From positions 124,001-188,000 of the forward strand of contig DATMBG010000022.1 in NCBI GenBank assembly GCA_035559535.1: a stretch of 64,000 nucleotides of DNA, written 5' to 3'. The DNA comes from Candidatus Limnocylindrales bacterium (lineage in GTDB: Bacteria; Moduliflexota; Moduliflexia; Moduliflexales; JAUQPW01). Under the pieces are notes generated by a model. That model worked only from the letters and a program-made list of their open reading frames with translations, searched no databases and was not told the origin of the DNA. Each line of letters begins with the position of its first letter. The stretch's first letter is position 1. The position numbers and the translations under genes were made by a program. Positions 38,849 to 49,512 of the stretch are shown in pieces.

Positions 38849-40837
38849 TTACTCTACACTCCGGACAGGACTATCTAAATACTCCCGACACCAGAGTTCA
38901 AAAATCAAAAGGGCCCAGAGGTGTTGGCTGTAATCTTTAAGGCCTTTTTGGTGTTCCTCGATAAGCAATCGGATATAATCCACGTTGAAAAGGCCGCGTT
39001 CCCGTAAGCGCTCTCCTAACAAGATATCTTCAAGTAAAGGTTTGAGATCTGTTCGAAACCACTCCAGGAGAGGTACTCCAAATCCATGTTTTCTTCTATG
39101 AATAATTTGAGAGGGAAGGATGCCGTGCAAGGCATGTTTGAAGATGTATTTGGTCGTAAGACCTTTCACTTTAAGATCTGAAGGGATCTGAGCCGCAAAT
39201 TCTACCAGTTCATGGTCCAGAAAAGGAACCCGTCCTTCCAGTGAAACTGCCATGGTCATTCGATCCTCCTTGACCAAAAGATCATCCGGAAGGAGCGTAT
39301 GAAAATCGGCATATAGAGCTTTATCCAGATCCGACAGGCTGGAGGCCTTTCGATAATATTGAGTAATAATTTCGTCTGAAGGACGTAATCCTTTAAAATG
39401 GGGAGAGGAAGGATTATAGAGGGCTTGCTTCATATCCTCGGTGAAGAAGGAAATGGTGGTGATATGTCGCAAATTAGGGGGTAAGTTACGGCATTCCAGA
39501 AATCTTTTAAAAAACAGAAAATATTCCCCAAGACTGGAAGTTCGAGAAACGGGCAGATGCTTTGAAATTTTCTCAAAGTAGTGTTGAAGCATGATGGGAA
39601 TTCGGCTGTAGTATCGAATCAAATTATCGATTAAATAACGTCGGTAGCCTCCGAAAATTTCATCGCCTCCCGTTCCTGAAAGGGCTACAATTACCTGTTC
39701 TCGAGCTAATCTGGCCAGATAATAGGTGGGAATGGCAGAAGGATCCGCAAAGGGTTCATCAAAATGCTTTATAAGCAAAGGAATAATATCAATGGCCCGG
39801 GGCTCTACCTCGAATTCGTAGTGTTCTGTGGCAAATCGTTCGGATACTTGTTTGGCATAGCGTCGTTCGTCATAATATCCGGCATTTTTAAATCCAATGG
39901 AGAAAGTCTTAATGGGTTGAATTTTACTGGCAAAGGCCACAATAGCACTGGAGTCGATTCCACCGCTCAGGAGGATTCCCACGGGGACATCGCTTACAAG
40001 ATGGCGTTTAACAGATTTTTGTAAGAGTTCTATCAACCCTTCCGAGTAAAACTTTTCATCCTTTGGACTTACAGGCAGTCTTTTAACCTCTGGGACCCTA
40101 TCGGATCGATCTTCTTCACTTGGCCCTGAGGTAGGAGGAGTCGATCTATCCACTCGACTCCCAACGGGCAAACTCCAATATCTCTGGAGGAAGATTTCAC
40201 CGTCTTTGTACTCCAGAACATGACCCGGCTGGAGTTTTTTGATTCCTTTAAATATGGTATCCGGGCCGGGAATGTAGAGATAGCTCAGATAATTGTGCAA
40301 AGCCTGAAAGTTAAGTTCTCTTTTAAAGGAAGGATCTTGAAGCAGGGACTTAATCTCAGAAGCAAAACAAAGTTTTTCCCGATCGATACGGTAAAACAGA
40401 GGTTTTATACCTATTCGGTCTCGGGCTAAAAAGAAAGCATGTTCCCGACTATCCCACAAGGCAAAAGCAAACATTCCGTAAAGTTCACGGATACACTCTT
40501 TGCCCAGGTCTTCATAGAGGTGGACGATGACTTCTGTATCACTGAGGGTTTTAAACTTATGATTGCGTTTTTCTAACTGTTCCCGAAGCTCCTTATAGTT
40601 ATAAATCTCCCCGTTGAATACGACCCATACCGACCGATTTTCATTGCTGATGGGTTGATGACCTCCCGTTACATCAATGACACTTAATCTCCGGACCCCC
40701 AGACCAACCTGACCGGACATGTAATAACCTTCTTCATCAGGTCCACGGTGTTTAAGAACCGAAGTCATCCGGCGTACAAGGTTTTTATCGATTTCTTTTT
40801 TTTCATTGAAATTAAGGACACCACATATACCGCACAT
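38849..40837 (-). CDS. asnB: Asparagine synthase (glutamine-hydrolysing), polysaccharide-associated type
   Basis: MCGI, HRGPD, SGGIDSS, DEPFADPS, SGTGGDEIFGGY, KEDRMTMAVSLEGRVPFLD. Confidence 0.93.
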   Translation of the reverse strand: MCGICGVLNFNEKKEIDKNLVRRMTSVLKHRGPDEEGYYMSGQVGLGVRRLSVIDVTGGHQPISNENRSVWVVFNGEIYNYKELREQLEKRNHKFKTLSDTEVIVHLYEDLGKECIRELYGMFAFALWDSREHAFFLARDRIGIKPLFYRIDREKLCFASEIKSLLQDPSFKRELNFQALHNYLSYLYIPGPDTIFKGIKKLQPGHVLEYKDGEIFLQRYWSLPVGSRVDRSTPPTSGPSEEDRSDRVPEVKRLPVSPKDEKFYSEGLIELLQKSVKRHLVSDVPVGILLSGGIDSSAIVAFASKIQPIKTFSIGFKNAGYYDERRYAKQVSERFATEHYEFEVEPRAIDIIPLLIKHFDEPFADPSAIPTYYLARLAREQVIVALSGTGGDEIFGGYRRYLIDNLIRYYSRIPIMLQHYFEKISKHLPVSRTSSLGEYFLFFKRFLECRNLPPNLRHITTISFFTEDMKQALYNPSSPHFKGLRPSDEIITQYYRKASSLSDLDKALYADFHTLLPDDLLVKEDRMTMAVSLEGRVPFLDHELVEFAAQIPSDLKVKGLTTKYIFKHALHGILPSQIIHRRKHGFGVPLLEWFRTDLKPLLEDILLGERLRERGLFNVDYIRLLIEEHQKGLKDYSQHLWALLIFELWCREYLDSPVRSVE

Positions 40838-40844
40838 AATTCAC

Positions 40845-41618
40845 TTATATATTAGACAACTCCTTCCTGGCCTTCTCCGCATAACCATTATTCGGATAAT
40901 TTTGAATCAATCTCTTTAAATATAACTCTGCTTCTTCTTTCTGACCCAACTTGAGATAATTCATACCCAGGTAGAAGAGGGTTTTATCAATGACCTCGGT
41001 ATCTGCATATTCTTGTAAAATGACCCGGAGACGATCAATAGAAGCTTTGTAAGCCTGTTCACGCAGGTAAAATTCGGCAATCAAAAACTCGTGCTCGGCC
41101 AATCTATTCCGGCATTTATGGATTTTTTCTTGGGCTTTTTGAGCATACTCGCTATTCGGATACTTTGTTTTAACCTTATCGAATTCTTCCAAAGCCCTAC
41201 GGGTGTTAGTCTGATCTCGATCTGCAGAAAGTATCTGTTTATAGTAACACATACCCAACTTATACTGGGCCTTTGGCACTTCAGGATGGGTTGGATAGAG
41301 ATTTATAAAACTCTGATAAGCGGCAATGGCTTCTTCATATTGCTTTTGAGCATAGTAGCTTTCGGCGATATAAAATTGGGTTTTACTCAGGTATTTGCTC
41401 TTAGGATACTGCTCCTTTAAAGTTTTAAACTCTTCAAGGGCTCGAGCATACTTCTTTTTATTAAATAACGTCTCTCCTTTTTTAAAGAGCATTTCATCGG
41501 CTGCCTGGGAGGGGTGATGCTTAGTTGCTTTAGAACATCCTGGACTGGTTATTAAAACAAACCCAATCAACAAAATAACACTTAAAACTTTTTGAGAGTT
41601 GAAGATTATTTTATTCAT
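40845..41618 (-). CDS. bamD: Outer membrane protein assembly factor BamD
   Basis: Lipobox (SPGC), TPR helices, DRDQTNTRRA, NRLAEHEFLIAEFY. ORF open from 41657. Confidence 0.9.
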   Translation of the reverse strand: MNKIIFNSQKVLSVILLIGFVLITSPGCSKATKHHPSQAADEMLFKKGETLFNKKKYARALEEFKTLKEQYPKSKYLSKTQFYIAESYYAQKQYEEAIAAYQSFINLYPTHPEVPKAQYKLGMCYYKQILSADRDQTNTRRALEEFDKVKTKYPNSEYAQKAQEKIHKCRNRLAEHEFLIAEFYLREQAYKASIDRLRVILQEYADTEVIDKTLFYLGMNYLKLGQKEEAELYLKRLIQNYPNNGYAEKARKELSNI

Positions 41619-41637
41619 AATTTTGGGTTGTAAGGGA

Positions 41638-42828
41638 CTAGTTGAGGGTATCACCACCTTTCTCCTTTTCTAGCTGGGCATCGACACGGGTAGATCTACC
41701 ATCACTAACTTGAATATCGATTACAAAATGTTTATAACCCGGTTTAATCACTCGAAGTTTATAGATACCTGGAGGTTTATTCAGAGATATAGGAGTATAG
41801 CCTATATCCTCCCCTTCTAGAAAAACTTTAGCCGAAGGAGGATTGGACTCGATTTTAACCTCGCCTATTTCCGGAGTCAGTTCTCTCTGGATTTTCCTGG
41901 TAACCAGGTCCTCTACCACAACGGTTTCCGTCAGGGTCCGATATTTACTTTTCTTCAAAGTAAGTTCATAAGGACCCGGTTTCAACTCCTTTTTCAAAGG
42001 AGTCTCACCGTAATACACATCGTTGATATGAACTTCAACGCCAGGTGGGTTGGTTACAATATCTAAAATTCCGGTCCTCTCTTTAAGGGTTACGTTAATT
42101 TCCAGGACCTCATCGGCTACAAGGACTGCCTCACCCACATGATCCCGAAATCCTTCTTTTTTAAGAACCAACTTGTATTTACCAACCGGTTTATCATGGG
42201 TTAAGGGGGTCGTTCCAATAAATTTATCATCGATATAGACTTTGGCTTCTGAAGGCTCTGAGGTAATAACTAATCTTCCCACCTGGGGAATTAAATTTAC
42301 TTCCACCTCTGACGTAGTATCATCCTGAATAATCACAGGTCTTTGGTCGACATAGTATTGGTCTTTAACAATTTTTAACTCATACTCTCCAGGAGGTTTC
42401 TCGATCACTAAAGGAGTTACCTTATCCAGTTTGACCCCGTCGATATATACCGCGGCCTTTGGTGGGGCCGTTTTGATTTCTACTTTTCCTCGCTGCTCTG
42501 AAAGTTCTGCATCTAGAAAAGCCGTCTGTTTTTTATTTACCCAAACTTTTCTTGCATAGGTCCGATAACCTTTTAACAGGAGTTTTACATCATACTCCCC
42601 TTCTGCTAATTTCTCCATGAAAGGAGTTTTTCCTACATAGGTATTATTCAAGTAAACCGATGCGTTGGAAGGGGAAGAAGTAATTCTTAAAGTGCCTTTC
42701 TTATCAAAGTAGCCGTAGAAAACCTGCAGATAGGAAAAAATTCCACCAAAATCAGCAAAACGATTTAGCAGTGCCGTAATACAAACAAGGACAAATCCCA
42801 CAGAAATAACAGCTAGAAATCGCCTCAT
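41638..42828 (-). CDS. PEGA domain-containing protein (five repeats)
   Basis: Repeated L.I.S.P..A.VY.D...G.TP units after an N-terminal hydrophobic segment. Confidence 0.9.
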   Translation of the reverse strand: MRRFLAVISVGFVLVCITALLNRFADFGGIFSYLQVFYGYFDKKGTLRITSSPSNASVYLNNTYVGKTPFMEKLAEGEYDVKLLLKGYRTYARKVWVNKKQTAFLDAELSEQRGKVEIKTAPPKAAVYIDGVKLDKVTPLVIEKPPGEYELKIVKDQYYVDQRPVIIQDDTTSEVEVNLIPQVGRLVITSEPSEAKVYIDDKFIGTTPLTHDKPVGKYKLVLKKEGFRDHVGEAVLVADEVLEINVTLKERTGILDIVTNPPGVEVHINDVYYGETPLKKELKPGPYELTLKKSKYRTLTETVVVEDLVTRKIQRELTPEIGEVKIESNPPSAKVFLEGEDIGYTPISLNKPPGIYKLRVIKPGYKHFVIDIQVSDGRSTRVDAQLEKEKGGDTLN

Positions 42829-42910
42829 AGCGCCATCCTCGACGAGAAATCCTTGCTGTTTACAGGATTACTTTATGTAAAGCCTCTAACCTCAGGAGAA
42901 CCCTCATACC

Positions 42911-43753
42911 TCATGGATTTTTGTAGGTAATCTTATCTAGAGCGGCAGCCATATCATCAATTGCTTCACTGAGCTGGATAACTGTGCTGAATACCCCATT
43001 TAAATCCAAAGAACCTGTGTGAATATCGGAAAATTTAAGCCTGATGATCGAGAGATGCACTTCCCTGAGTGAAGTTATAAAGTTCGTTAATTTAGATGTG
43101 ACATATTCTATCCCTTTTTCAATTTCTTGATGGCTTTTAAGCTGTTTAAGCAAAGAATTTCGAGTTCGAATCCACTCTAATTTGATAAATTCGTCGGAAC
43201 GGGCATTCTGGATCTTCTTCTCTAAATGCTTCAGAACAGCCCGGGTACGTGCCATGTCATGGCAACGTAAATCTTCATGAATCCCGTGAATCTTCTTTAC
43301 AATACTGAAAATTTTAAGGATTAAATGTTGAACAGCGGGAAAGATTTCTTTAAAAGATTCTGTAAGATAAATCTCCTTATCTTTATCCTTGATCGCTTTT
43401 TTAATCTCTCTGTAAAGGGTTACACTTTGGTGGATGAAATCCATATAGGGATCTTCCAGCTCGGACTTGAGTTGACGGTAGTTTTCTTCGATTTCATCAT
43501 ACCCCAAGTCCATATAGCGCAGGAGCCCCGTTTTTAGGGAAGCCCAGGTTTTCTTATCGCTTAACCAGATAGCCAGGCATAAAAAAATCCCTACATAGGT
43601 AAACCCCATATTAACCGCCAGGCCCGTCCATATTGAAATGCCTGATACAATGCCAAGCCATATGGGATGAGCAAAGAAACTAAAGATATCTCGTTTCTCT
43701 TCCTTTGTAGTTGGAAAGGAAGACGGTGTGCCTTGAGCTTCCAGACGTTCCAT
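42911..43753 (-). CDS. Hypothetical membrane-anchored helical/coiled-coil protein
   Basis: Two N-terminal hydrophobic segments followed by a long amphipathic helical region. Co-oriented with the PEGA gene and bamD. Confidence 0.7.
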   Translation of the reverse strand: MERLEAQGTPSSFPTTKEEKRDIFSFFAHPIWLGIVSGISIWTGLAVNMGFTYVGIFLCLAIWLSDKKTWASLKTGLLRYMDLGYDEIEENYRQLKSELEDPYMDFIHQSVTLYREIKKAIKDKDKEIYLTESFKEIFPAVQHLILKIFSIVKKIHGIHEDLRCHDMARTRAVLKHLEKKIQNARSDEFIKLEWIRTRNSLLKQLKSHQEIEKGIEYVTSKLTNFITSLREVHLSIIRLKFSDIHTGSLDLNGVFSTVIQLSEAIDDMAAALDKITYKNP

Positions 43754-43900
43754 GATCTAAAATAATGTAAATATTATTGGGAACATGTCAAGAAAAAACG
43801 AAAAGATACGGTCATCTACCTTCCCATGTATCCTTCACAACTTGCAATTGAAAGCGTTTTCACTTGACAATTCCGCCCAAATCCATGATAAAGTCACATT

Positions 43901-44362
43901 ATGATACGGTGGAAGATGAAACTTTTTAAATATTTCCAACTCTGGGTGTATTTAAGCTTCCTGGTAGGTTGTAGCTATGAAACAGCATCTCGTCCCTTAT
44001 CTCGGGAAGAATCTTATGGCTATCGATTAAAATTCATTCAAGAACCCCCCGCCAGGTTACTCAAATCTTTAGCTCTCCAGAATAAGGGGTATGTGATTGC
44101 TATCCAGGATAAAAAGGTATTTATAGACTTAACCGCTCAGGATGGAATTCAACGGGGGATGCCTTTGGGAGTTTACCGGGAAGGAACCGAAACCGAGCTT
44201 AAACATCCGGTAACCGGAGAAACTCTGGCCATATTAAGAAAGGAGCTGGGAACTATCCGGGTTTGGGAAGTCTCCGATAAATTTTCAGTTGCCTATCTGG
44301 AATCCCTGGTTAAAGGTGAGGAAATCCGTTTGGGAGACCGTGTGTGGCCAATTCAGTATTAA
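43901..44362 (+). CDS. Lipoprotein with FlgT C-terminal-like domain
   Basis: Lipobox LVGC; VFIDLTAQDGIQRG...LKHPVTGETL...IRLGDRV. Confidence 0.7.
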   Translation: MIRWKMKLFKYFQLWVYLSFLVGCSYETASRPLSREESYGYRLKFIQEPPARLLKSLALQNKGYVIAIQDKKVFIDLTAQDGIQRGMPLGVYREGTETELKHPVTGETLAILRKELGTIRVWEVSDKFSVAYLESLVKGEEIRLGDRVWPIQY

Positions 44363-44377
44363 AGAGATTAAAAAATC

Positions 44378-45061
44378 ATGTCCATGATCCAGATGTATAA
44401 CGTCTATAAGGTCTATGAAGGTGGCGTACGAGCGCTGGAGGATATCACTTTAAGCATTGAAAAAGGTGAGTTTGTTTTTTTAACAGGCCCCAGTGGAGCC
44501 GGAAAAACCACGTTATTGAAAATCATATTTCGCGAAGAACTCCCCACATCCGGTAATGTCCTGGTCAATAATTTTAATATCGCCCGACTTCAAAGATCCA
44601 GTGTCCCTTATCTGAGAAGAAACATCGGGGTCGTTTTCCAGGATTTTAAGCTTTTAAAAAAGAAAACGGTTTTTGAAAACGTTGCTTTCGCCCTTAAAGT
44701 CATAGGCGCGCCCCGACGCGAGATTGACCAGCGGGTTTTACAAATACTTCGCCTCCTGGATTTAAAAGATAAAATGGATATGCTCCCCCATCTTCTCTCC
44801 GGAGGCGAACAACAGCGGGTCGCCATCGCAAGAGCTCTGGTTAACCACCCCACCATCGTGTTGGCAGACGAACCCACGGGAAATCTCGATCAGGAACTAT
44901 CCCTGGAAATTATGAGTCTCTTCGAGGATATTAATGCCCGAGGTACAACGGTGGTGGTGGCCACCCATAACCGCATGATCATCCGGGAAATGAGGAAAAA
45001 AGTCTTTTGTCTGGATAAGGGTCGATTGGTCCGTATCGTAGACAATGGGAAAGATCTTTAG
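44378..45061 (+). CDS. ftsE: Cell division ATP-binding protein FtsE
   Basis: GPSGAGKTT, PYLRRNIGVVFQDFKLL, LSGGEQQRV, ADEPTGNLD, INARGTTVVVATH. Confidence 0.92.
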   Translation: MSMIQMYNVYKVYEGGVRALEDITLSIEKGEFVFLTGPSGAGKTTLLKIIFREELPTSGNVLVNNFNIARLQRSSVPYLRRNIGVVFQDFKLLKKKTVFENVAFALKVIGAPRREIDQRVLQILRLLDLKDKMDMLPHLLSGGEQQRVAIARALVNHPTIVLADEPTGNLDQELSLEIMSLFEDINARGTTVVVATHNRMIIREMRKKVFCLDKGRLVRIVDNGKDL

Positions 45062-45167
45062 AAGTATGGGAGTGTGGGGGAGTATGGAAGTATGGGAGTT
45101 CTATCTTCTACACCTACACCCCCACACTTCTACACCCCCACACCCCCATACTTCCATACTCCCATAC
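45062..45167. repeat. Octamer-repeat inverted array between convergent ftsE and rsmI (possible bidirectional terminator)
   Basis: aagtatgggagtgtgggggagtatggaagtatgggag ... cacccccatacttccatactcccatactt. Confidence 0.78.
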
Positions 45168-45168
45168 T

Positions 45169-45849
45169 TTACCGCTTTCCTTCCAGGACCAGGGTAATTT
45201 CTCCTTTGATGGGGGTATTTTCAAATTTCTCGATAAGGGTACTCAGAGGGCCCCGTAAAACCTCTTCGAATTTTTTGGTAAGTTCCCGGGCTACGGCGGC
45301 CTTTCGATCTCCCAAAATTTCTTTCAGATCCTTCAAGGTTTCTAGAAAACGATGGGGGGACACATACATAATTAAAGTTCTCGGTTCCTCTCGAAGAGAT
45401 TCTATCTTTTTAAGCCGCTTACTTCTCTTATGGGGTAAAAATCCGATAAATACAAAACTATCAATGGGAAGACCGGAGACCACAGCAGCACTTACAAAAG
45501 CCGTAGGTCCGGGGATACAGACCACCGGAATATTATTTTCTATAGCCTGTTGAAGCAATCGATAGGCAGGATCCGATATGCCCGGGGTTCCGGCTTCGGA
45601 AACAAGGGCGATGTTGAGTCCGGATTTTAATTTATTTATTAACTCAATGGCTTTAAATTCTTCATTGGCATCAAAATAACTGGTAATCGGAACATGAATA
45701 TCATAGAAGGATAGAAGTTTTCGCGTTGTTCGCGTATCCTCAGCAGCAATAAGATCGACTTCCCTGAGAATGCGGAGAGCGCGTAGGGTAATATCTTCTA
45801 AGTTGCCAATGGGGGTACTGACAATATAAAGAGTCCCGGTTTTGGACAT
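45169..45849 (-). CDS. rsmI: 16S rRNA (cytidine1402-2'-O)-methyltransferase
   Basis: LYIVSTPIGNLEDIT, AAEDTR, VSEAGTPGISDP, ARELTKKFEE, KGEI. Confidence 0.95.
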   Translation of the reverse strand: MSKTGTLYIVSTPIGNLEDITLRALRILREVDLIAAEDTRTTRKLLSFYDIHVPITSYFDANEEFKAIELINKLKSGLNIALVSEAGTPGISDPAYRLLQQAIENNIPVVCIPGPTAFVSAAVVSGLPIDSFVFIGFLPHKRSKRLKKIESLREEPRTLIMYVSPHRFLETLKDLKEILGDRKAAVARELTKKFEEVLRGPLSTLIEKFENTPIKGEITLVLEGKR

Positions 45850-46089
45850 AATCCTTCATCCAGGATGATAGATGATTCATCCTGGAACTTTTGGTCAGGT
45901 TGTGAAAAATAGAATTAAGATTTTTTCTCTAGACAACTCGCCAGGAGTATATTACCAATTTAAGGAGTCAGGGGTTAAAAAACAAAAATCAGAAGTCAGA
46001 AAAGTAAAGTTTCTACTCACGTGGTGAGGGAATTGTTTTTATTCAATCCCCTGACTCTTGGATTCTGACTTCTGATCTTAAAAAGATGT

Positions 46090-47286
46090 ATGATGCGATT
46101 ATCTCAACGTGCCAGTGCCATAAAGCCGTCTTCAACCTTGGAAATTACCACCTTAGCTAAGAAAATGCGAGCCGAAGGGATTGATGTCATCGGATTTGGT
46201 GCGGGTGAGCCGGATTTTGATACCCCTTCCAATGTAAAAGAAGCAGCCATTCGAGCTATTCAAGAGGGTTTTACAAAATACACCCCGGTTCCGGGTATTG
46301 ACGAACTGAGGGCCGCCATTGCTAAGAAACTTGAAAAGGACAATAACCTGATTTATCGACCTTCTGAAGTAATTGTTTCTTGTGGAGCTAAACATGTTCT
46401 TTTCAATGCCATCATGGCCCTGTTTGAGGAAGGGGATGAAGTGATCGTGGCTTCTCCTTATTGGGAAACCTTCTTAGAGCAAATACAGCTCATGGGAGCT
46501 ACACCGGTGATTGTTTACACAGATGAGTCGACCGATTTTCAAGTCACCCGGGAACTTCTAGAAACAGCCATAACAAAAAAAACCAAAGGTCTGATTCTCA
46601 ATACGCCCTGCAATCCCACGGGAGCAGTTATAGACCGTGAGCATTTAAAGGCCATAGCCGCTCTGGCCGTAGAAAAAAATATCTATGTAATTTCTGATGA
46701 GACGTATGAAAAACTGGTTTATGAGGATGCCGAACACGTAAGCATTGCATCCTTAAATCCAGAAATTAAAGAACTGACCCTTACCGTCGGAGCCTTATCT
46801 AAGTCCTATTCCATGACAGGATGGAGAATCGGCTATGCAGCGGGTCCTGCCGAAGTGATCAAAGCCATGGTTAATCTTCAGAGTCAGAGTACCTCTAATC
46901 CTACTTCCATTGCCCAAAAAGCAGCCTTGGAAGCCCTTACAGGACCTCAGGAGGCTCTCAGCGAGATGCGCCTGGAGTTTTTGAGAAGGAGGAATTATAT
47001 CGTTCAGGAATTAAACACGATCCCTGGAATTTCTTGCTTAAAACCCAAGGGAGCTTTCTATGTGTTTCCCAAGGTATCCAGCCTTTATGGAAGGACCTAC
47101 CAGGGACGTACCATCTCCAACTCTAAGGATCTGGCATCTTATTTGCTAGCTGAAGCCAGGGTAGCAGTGGTTCCCGGTTCGGCCTTTGGTTCCGATCAGC
47201 ACGTGAGATTATCCTATGCTTTATCCATGGAACACATCCGGGAAGGATTACATCGGATAAAAGAAGCTATTGGGAAACTCCTCTAA
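46090..47286 (+). CDS. aspC: Class I aspartate aminotransferase
   Basis: GAGEPDFDTP, NTPCNPTG, SDETY, SKSYSMTGWRIG, VVPGSAFG. Confidence 0.92.
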   Translation: MMRLSQRASAIKPSSTLEITTLAKKMRAEGIDVIGFGAGEPDFDTPSNVKEAAIRAIQEGFTKYTPVPGIDELRAAIAKKLEKDNNLIYRPSEVIVSCGAKHVLFNAIMALFEEGDEVIVASPYWETFLEQIQLMGATPVIVYTDESTDFQVTRELLETAITKKTKGLILNTPCNPTGAVIDREHLKAIAALAVEKNIYVISDETYEKLVYEDAEHVSIASLNPEIKELTLTVGALSKSYSMTGWRIGYAAGPAEVIKAMVNLQSQSTSNPTSIAQKAALEALTGPQEALSEMRLEFLRRRNYIVQELNTIPGISCLKPKGAFYVFPKVSSLYGRTYQGRTISNSKDLASYLLAEARVAVVPGSAFGSDQHVRLSYALSMEHIREGLHRIKEAIGKLL

Positions 47287-47401
47287 AACTTAAAGTAAAG
47301 TCCTTTTTCTGTCACCAGATCCCAATAAATTCCCTTGACTTATAGCCAGGAAGGTGCTAAATATGGGTTCTTTAAAAGAACCAGGTTTTTGAGGAAATTC
47401 T

Positions 47402-48160
47402 ATGACTCTGCAAGAAAATATATTGACTTCCCAAACCCGAGGGGTAAGGTGTAAGGAGTGTGGAGACACGGGATGGCGGGTAAAAAATCAAGGTTCTGTG
47501 GAAACTGTGGAGAGATGTACATGCTACCGCATGAAGAGGAAAGAACATCTTCTTCTAAAAGCCTGTATTCCGGAGAGATATATGCAATGCTCTCTGGAAA
47601 ATTATAACCCACAGCCCTACCCGGATTGTGATGCCTCCATAGGTCGTGCCAAAGTTCTGGTTGAGCAATTTGTAAAAGAATATCCGGCCCGGAAAATAGG
47701 ATTGTTATTCATGGGAGGTTGTGGAGTCGGCAAAACCCATCTGGCGGTAGCCGCCATTAAATATCTCATTCTTGAAAAAGGCATCCCTTGTCTGTTCTAC
47801 GATTTCAGAAACCTCATAAAGGAGCTGCAGAATTCTTATTCCCGAGACTCTGAGTATTCGGAGTCAGACATTCTAGAGCCTGTACTATCCAGAGAAGTCC
47901 TTGTGTTAGATGAATTGGGGGCCAAAGTTATGAGTCCCTGGATACGGGATATCTTTACGCATATTCTCATTCAAAGGTACAATAACAATCTGGTTACTCT
48001 GATCACCTCTAACTGGATGGACGAAGAGGATAGAGGAATCCAGGAAGAAACCTTAGAGGATCGTATTGGCTATCGGCTACGGTCCAGACTCTATGAAATG
48101 TGCAAAACCATCGTGATAAAAGGGAAGGATTATAGAAAGTTTCGTGAGATTCGGAATTGA
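47402..48160 (+). CDS. DnaC/IstB-like AAA+ ATPase with N-terminal zinc-binding motif
   Basis: CKEC...CTC, GGCGVGKTHLA, LVLDELG, ITSN, RLRSRLYEMC, GKDYR. Confidence 0.88.
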   Translation: MTLQENILTSQTRGVRCKECGDTGWRVKNQGSVETVERCTCYRMKRKEHLLLKACIPERYMQCSLENYNPQPYPDCDASIGRAKVLVEQFVKEYPARKIGLLFMGGCGVGKTHLAVAAIKYLILEKGIPCLFYDFRNLIKELQNSYSRDSEYSESDILEPVLSREVLVLDELGAKVMSPWIRDIFTHILIQRYNNNLVTLITSNWMDEEDRGIQEETLEDRIGYRLRSRLYEMCKTIVIKGKDYRKFREIRN

Positions 48161-48269
48161 AACGCAAGGATCCTCGCCGAGGATAAGAACCAGATAAAGG
48201 GGTCAGAAGGAGAACCTGGGGTATTGGGAATATGCTCCTGGATAAGGCTTATCAGAGATATTTTTTATC

Positions 48270-48298
48270 TTGACAGGATTTCTAGCGTTTGTTACCTT
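48270..48298 (+). promoter_or_regulatory. Putative sigma-70 promoter of the mgl operon
   Basis: TTGACA-N17-TACCTT with an extended -10 TGn. Confidence 0.42.
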
Positions 48299-48377
48299 TT
48301 CTCTACATCTGCAGAGGGGGTTTTAAAGTTATTTCAGAGCATAACTTACATCTTTATGAAGTCCGAAGGAGGGCTTA

Positions 48378-49502
48378 ATGATCATTCCGAGAGGTAAAGT
48401 TATCCACGAAGCCCTGAGTACATCCTTTACGGATATTAACGAGCTTCTCAGAGATCTTGCAGAAAATAGTTTTACTGGTTGTTGCCAGGTTAGTTTTTGG
48501 GAATACGAGGGGATCTTATTCATGGATACAGGCAAGATTGTCAGTGCCTTAGAAGAAATTCAAAAAGATCCCCCGGTCTGTACAAGTGGTGAAAAAGCAG
48601 TAAGAAGCATTCTGGCCAAATCCAGAGAAAAGGATGGAACGGTAACCGTTTTTCGGTTATCCAACGAACTGGTAGCCACCCTGGCCGCATCCTTAAAAAG
48701 TACCATTGTTTTAAAAGATTTGACCACAGAACTAACCAGTCTTGAAAAGCTCATTCAAAAACTCCGAAAGGAAGAACACACTGGATATATTGAGGTCATT
48801 TTAAATAACCAGGAAGGAAAAGGTTATATTTATTTCCAAGACGGTCGGGTGATGGAGAGTGTTTATAAATCCGACGAGGGAGAACTTATCTCAGGAGCTC
48901 AGGGGCTTAAGAAATTATTAGGGCTGAGTGCAGAGGTTGGAGCCGTTTTCAATGTGTATAAGGCAGATGTTGCTGCTGTCATAGAAGATACCACCAAGAT
49001 AATGGAAGGGGAGGTTTTAGATTCGGTTCTGACCGTATTTCAAAATATTTTACTTAATTTGGAAAAAGCAATCAATGACGCCATAGGCCAGGGGAAATTT
49101 TTGGAAATTTTCAAAAGGGTTTTAACGGCCTATGCCAATAAATATCCCTTTTTAGATCCCTTTGCCGGTGAGTTTAACTATAAGGATGGAGCCCTCTCTT
49201 TTGAAGGAACCGTAACCGTAGATGAGTTTGTAGAAGGGGTTTGTGATACCATTCGGCAGACCGTGGAAGAGGCGGCTAAAAGAACTCCAAAGGAAAAACT
49301 TCTGTATAATATTCATAACCGCTTCCAAACTATAAAAGGAGAATACAAACAAGATATCGAAAATCTTAAACTGATGAGTAGATTACCCGAACTTCTGGTA
49401 GAGCCTGCCGAACCTCCAAAACCTGCTAAGGAAAACCTGGAGGAATCCAAGGAAAAGAAAGGGTTATTGAGTAGACTCCGGTTAAACATCAAATCTGAAT
49501 AG
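48378..49502 (+). CDS. Hypothetical protein with two PATAN/DUF4388-like repeats
   Basis: Repeated L..L..E..TG....(EG)...G.I.F..G.I pattern. First gene of the MglA operon. Confidence 0.6.
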   Translation: MIIPRGKVIHEALSTSFTDINELLRDLAENSFTGCCQVSFWEYEGILFMDTGKIVSALEEIQKDPPVCTSGEKAVRSILAKSREKDGTVTVFRLSNELVATLAASLKSTIVLKDLTTELTSLEKLIQKLRKEEHTGYIEVILNNQEGKGYIYFQDGRVMESVYKSDEGELISGAQGLKKLLGLSAEVGAVFNVYKADVAAVIEDTTKIMEGEVLDSVLTVFQNILLNLEKAINDAIGQGKFLEIFKRVLTAYANKYPFLDPFAGEFNYKDGALSFEGTVTVDEFVEGVCDTIRQTVEEAAKRTPKEKLLYNIHNRFQTIKGEYKQDIENLKLMSRLPELLVEPAEPPKPAKENLEESKEKKGLLSRLRLNIKSE

Positions 49503-49512
49503 GGTTTGAAAA

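Noticed and set aside
47402-48160. IS21-family insertion sequence
   Set aside because: There is no IstA transposase and no terminal repeats.
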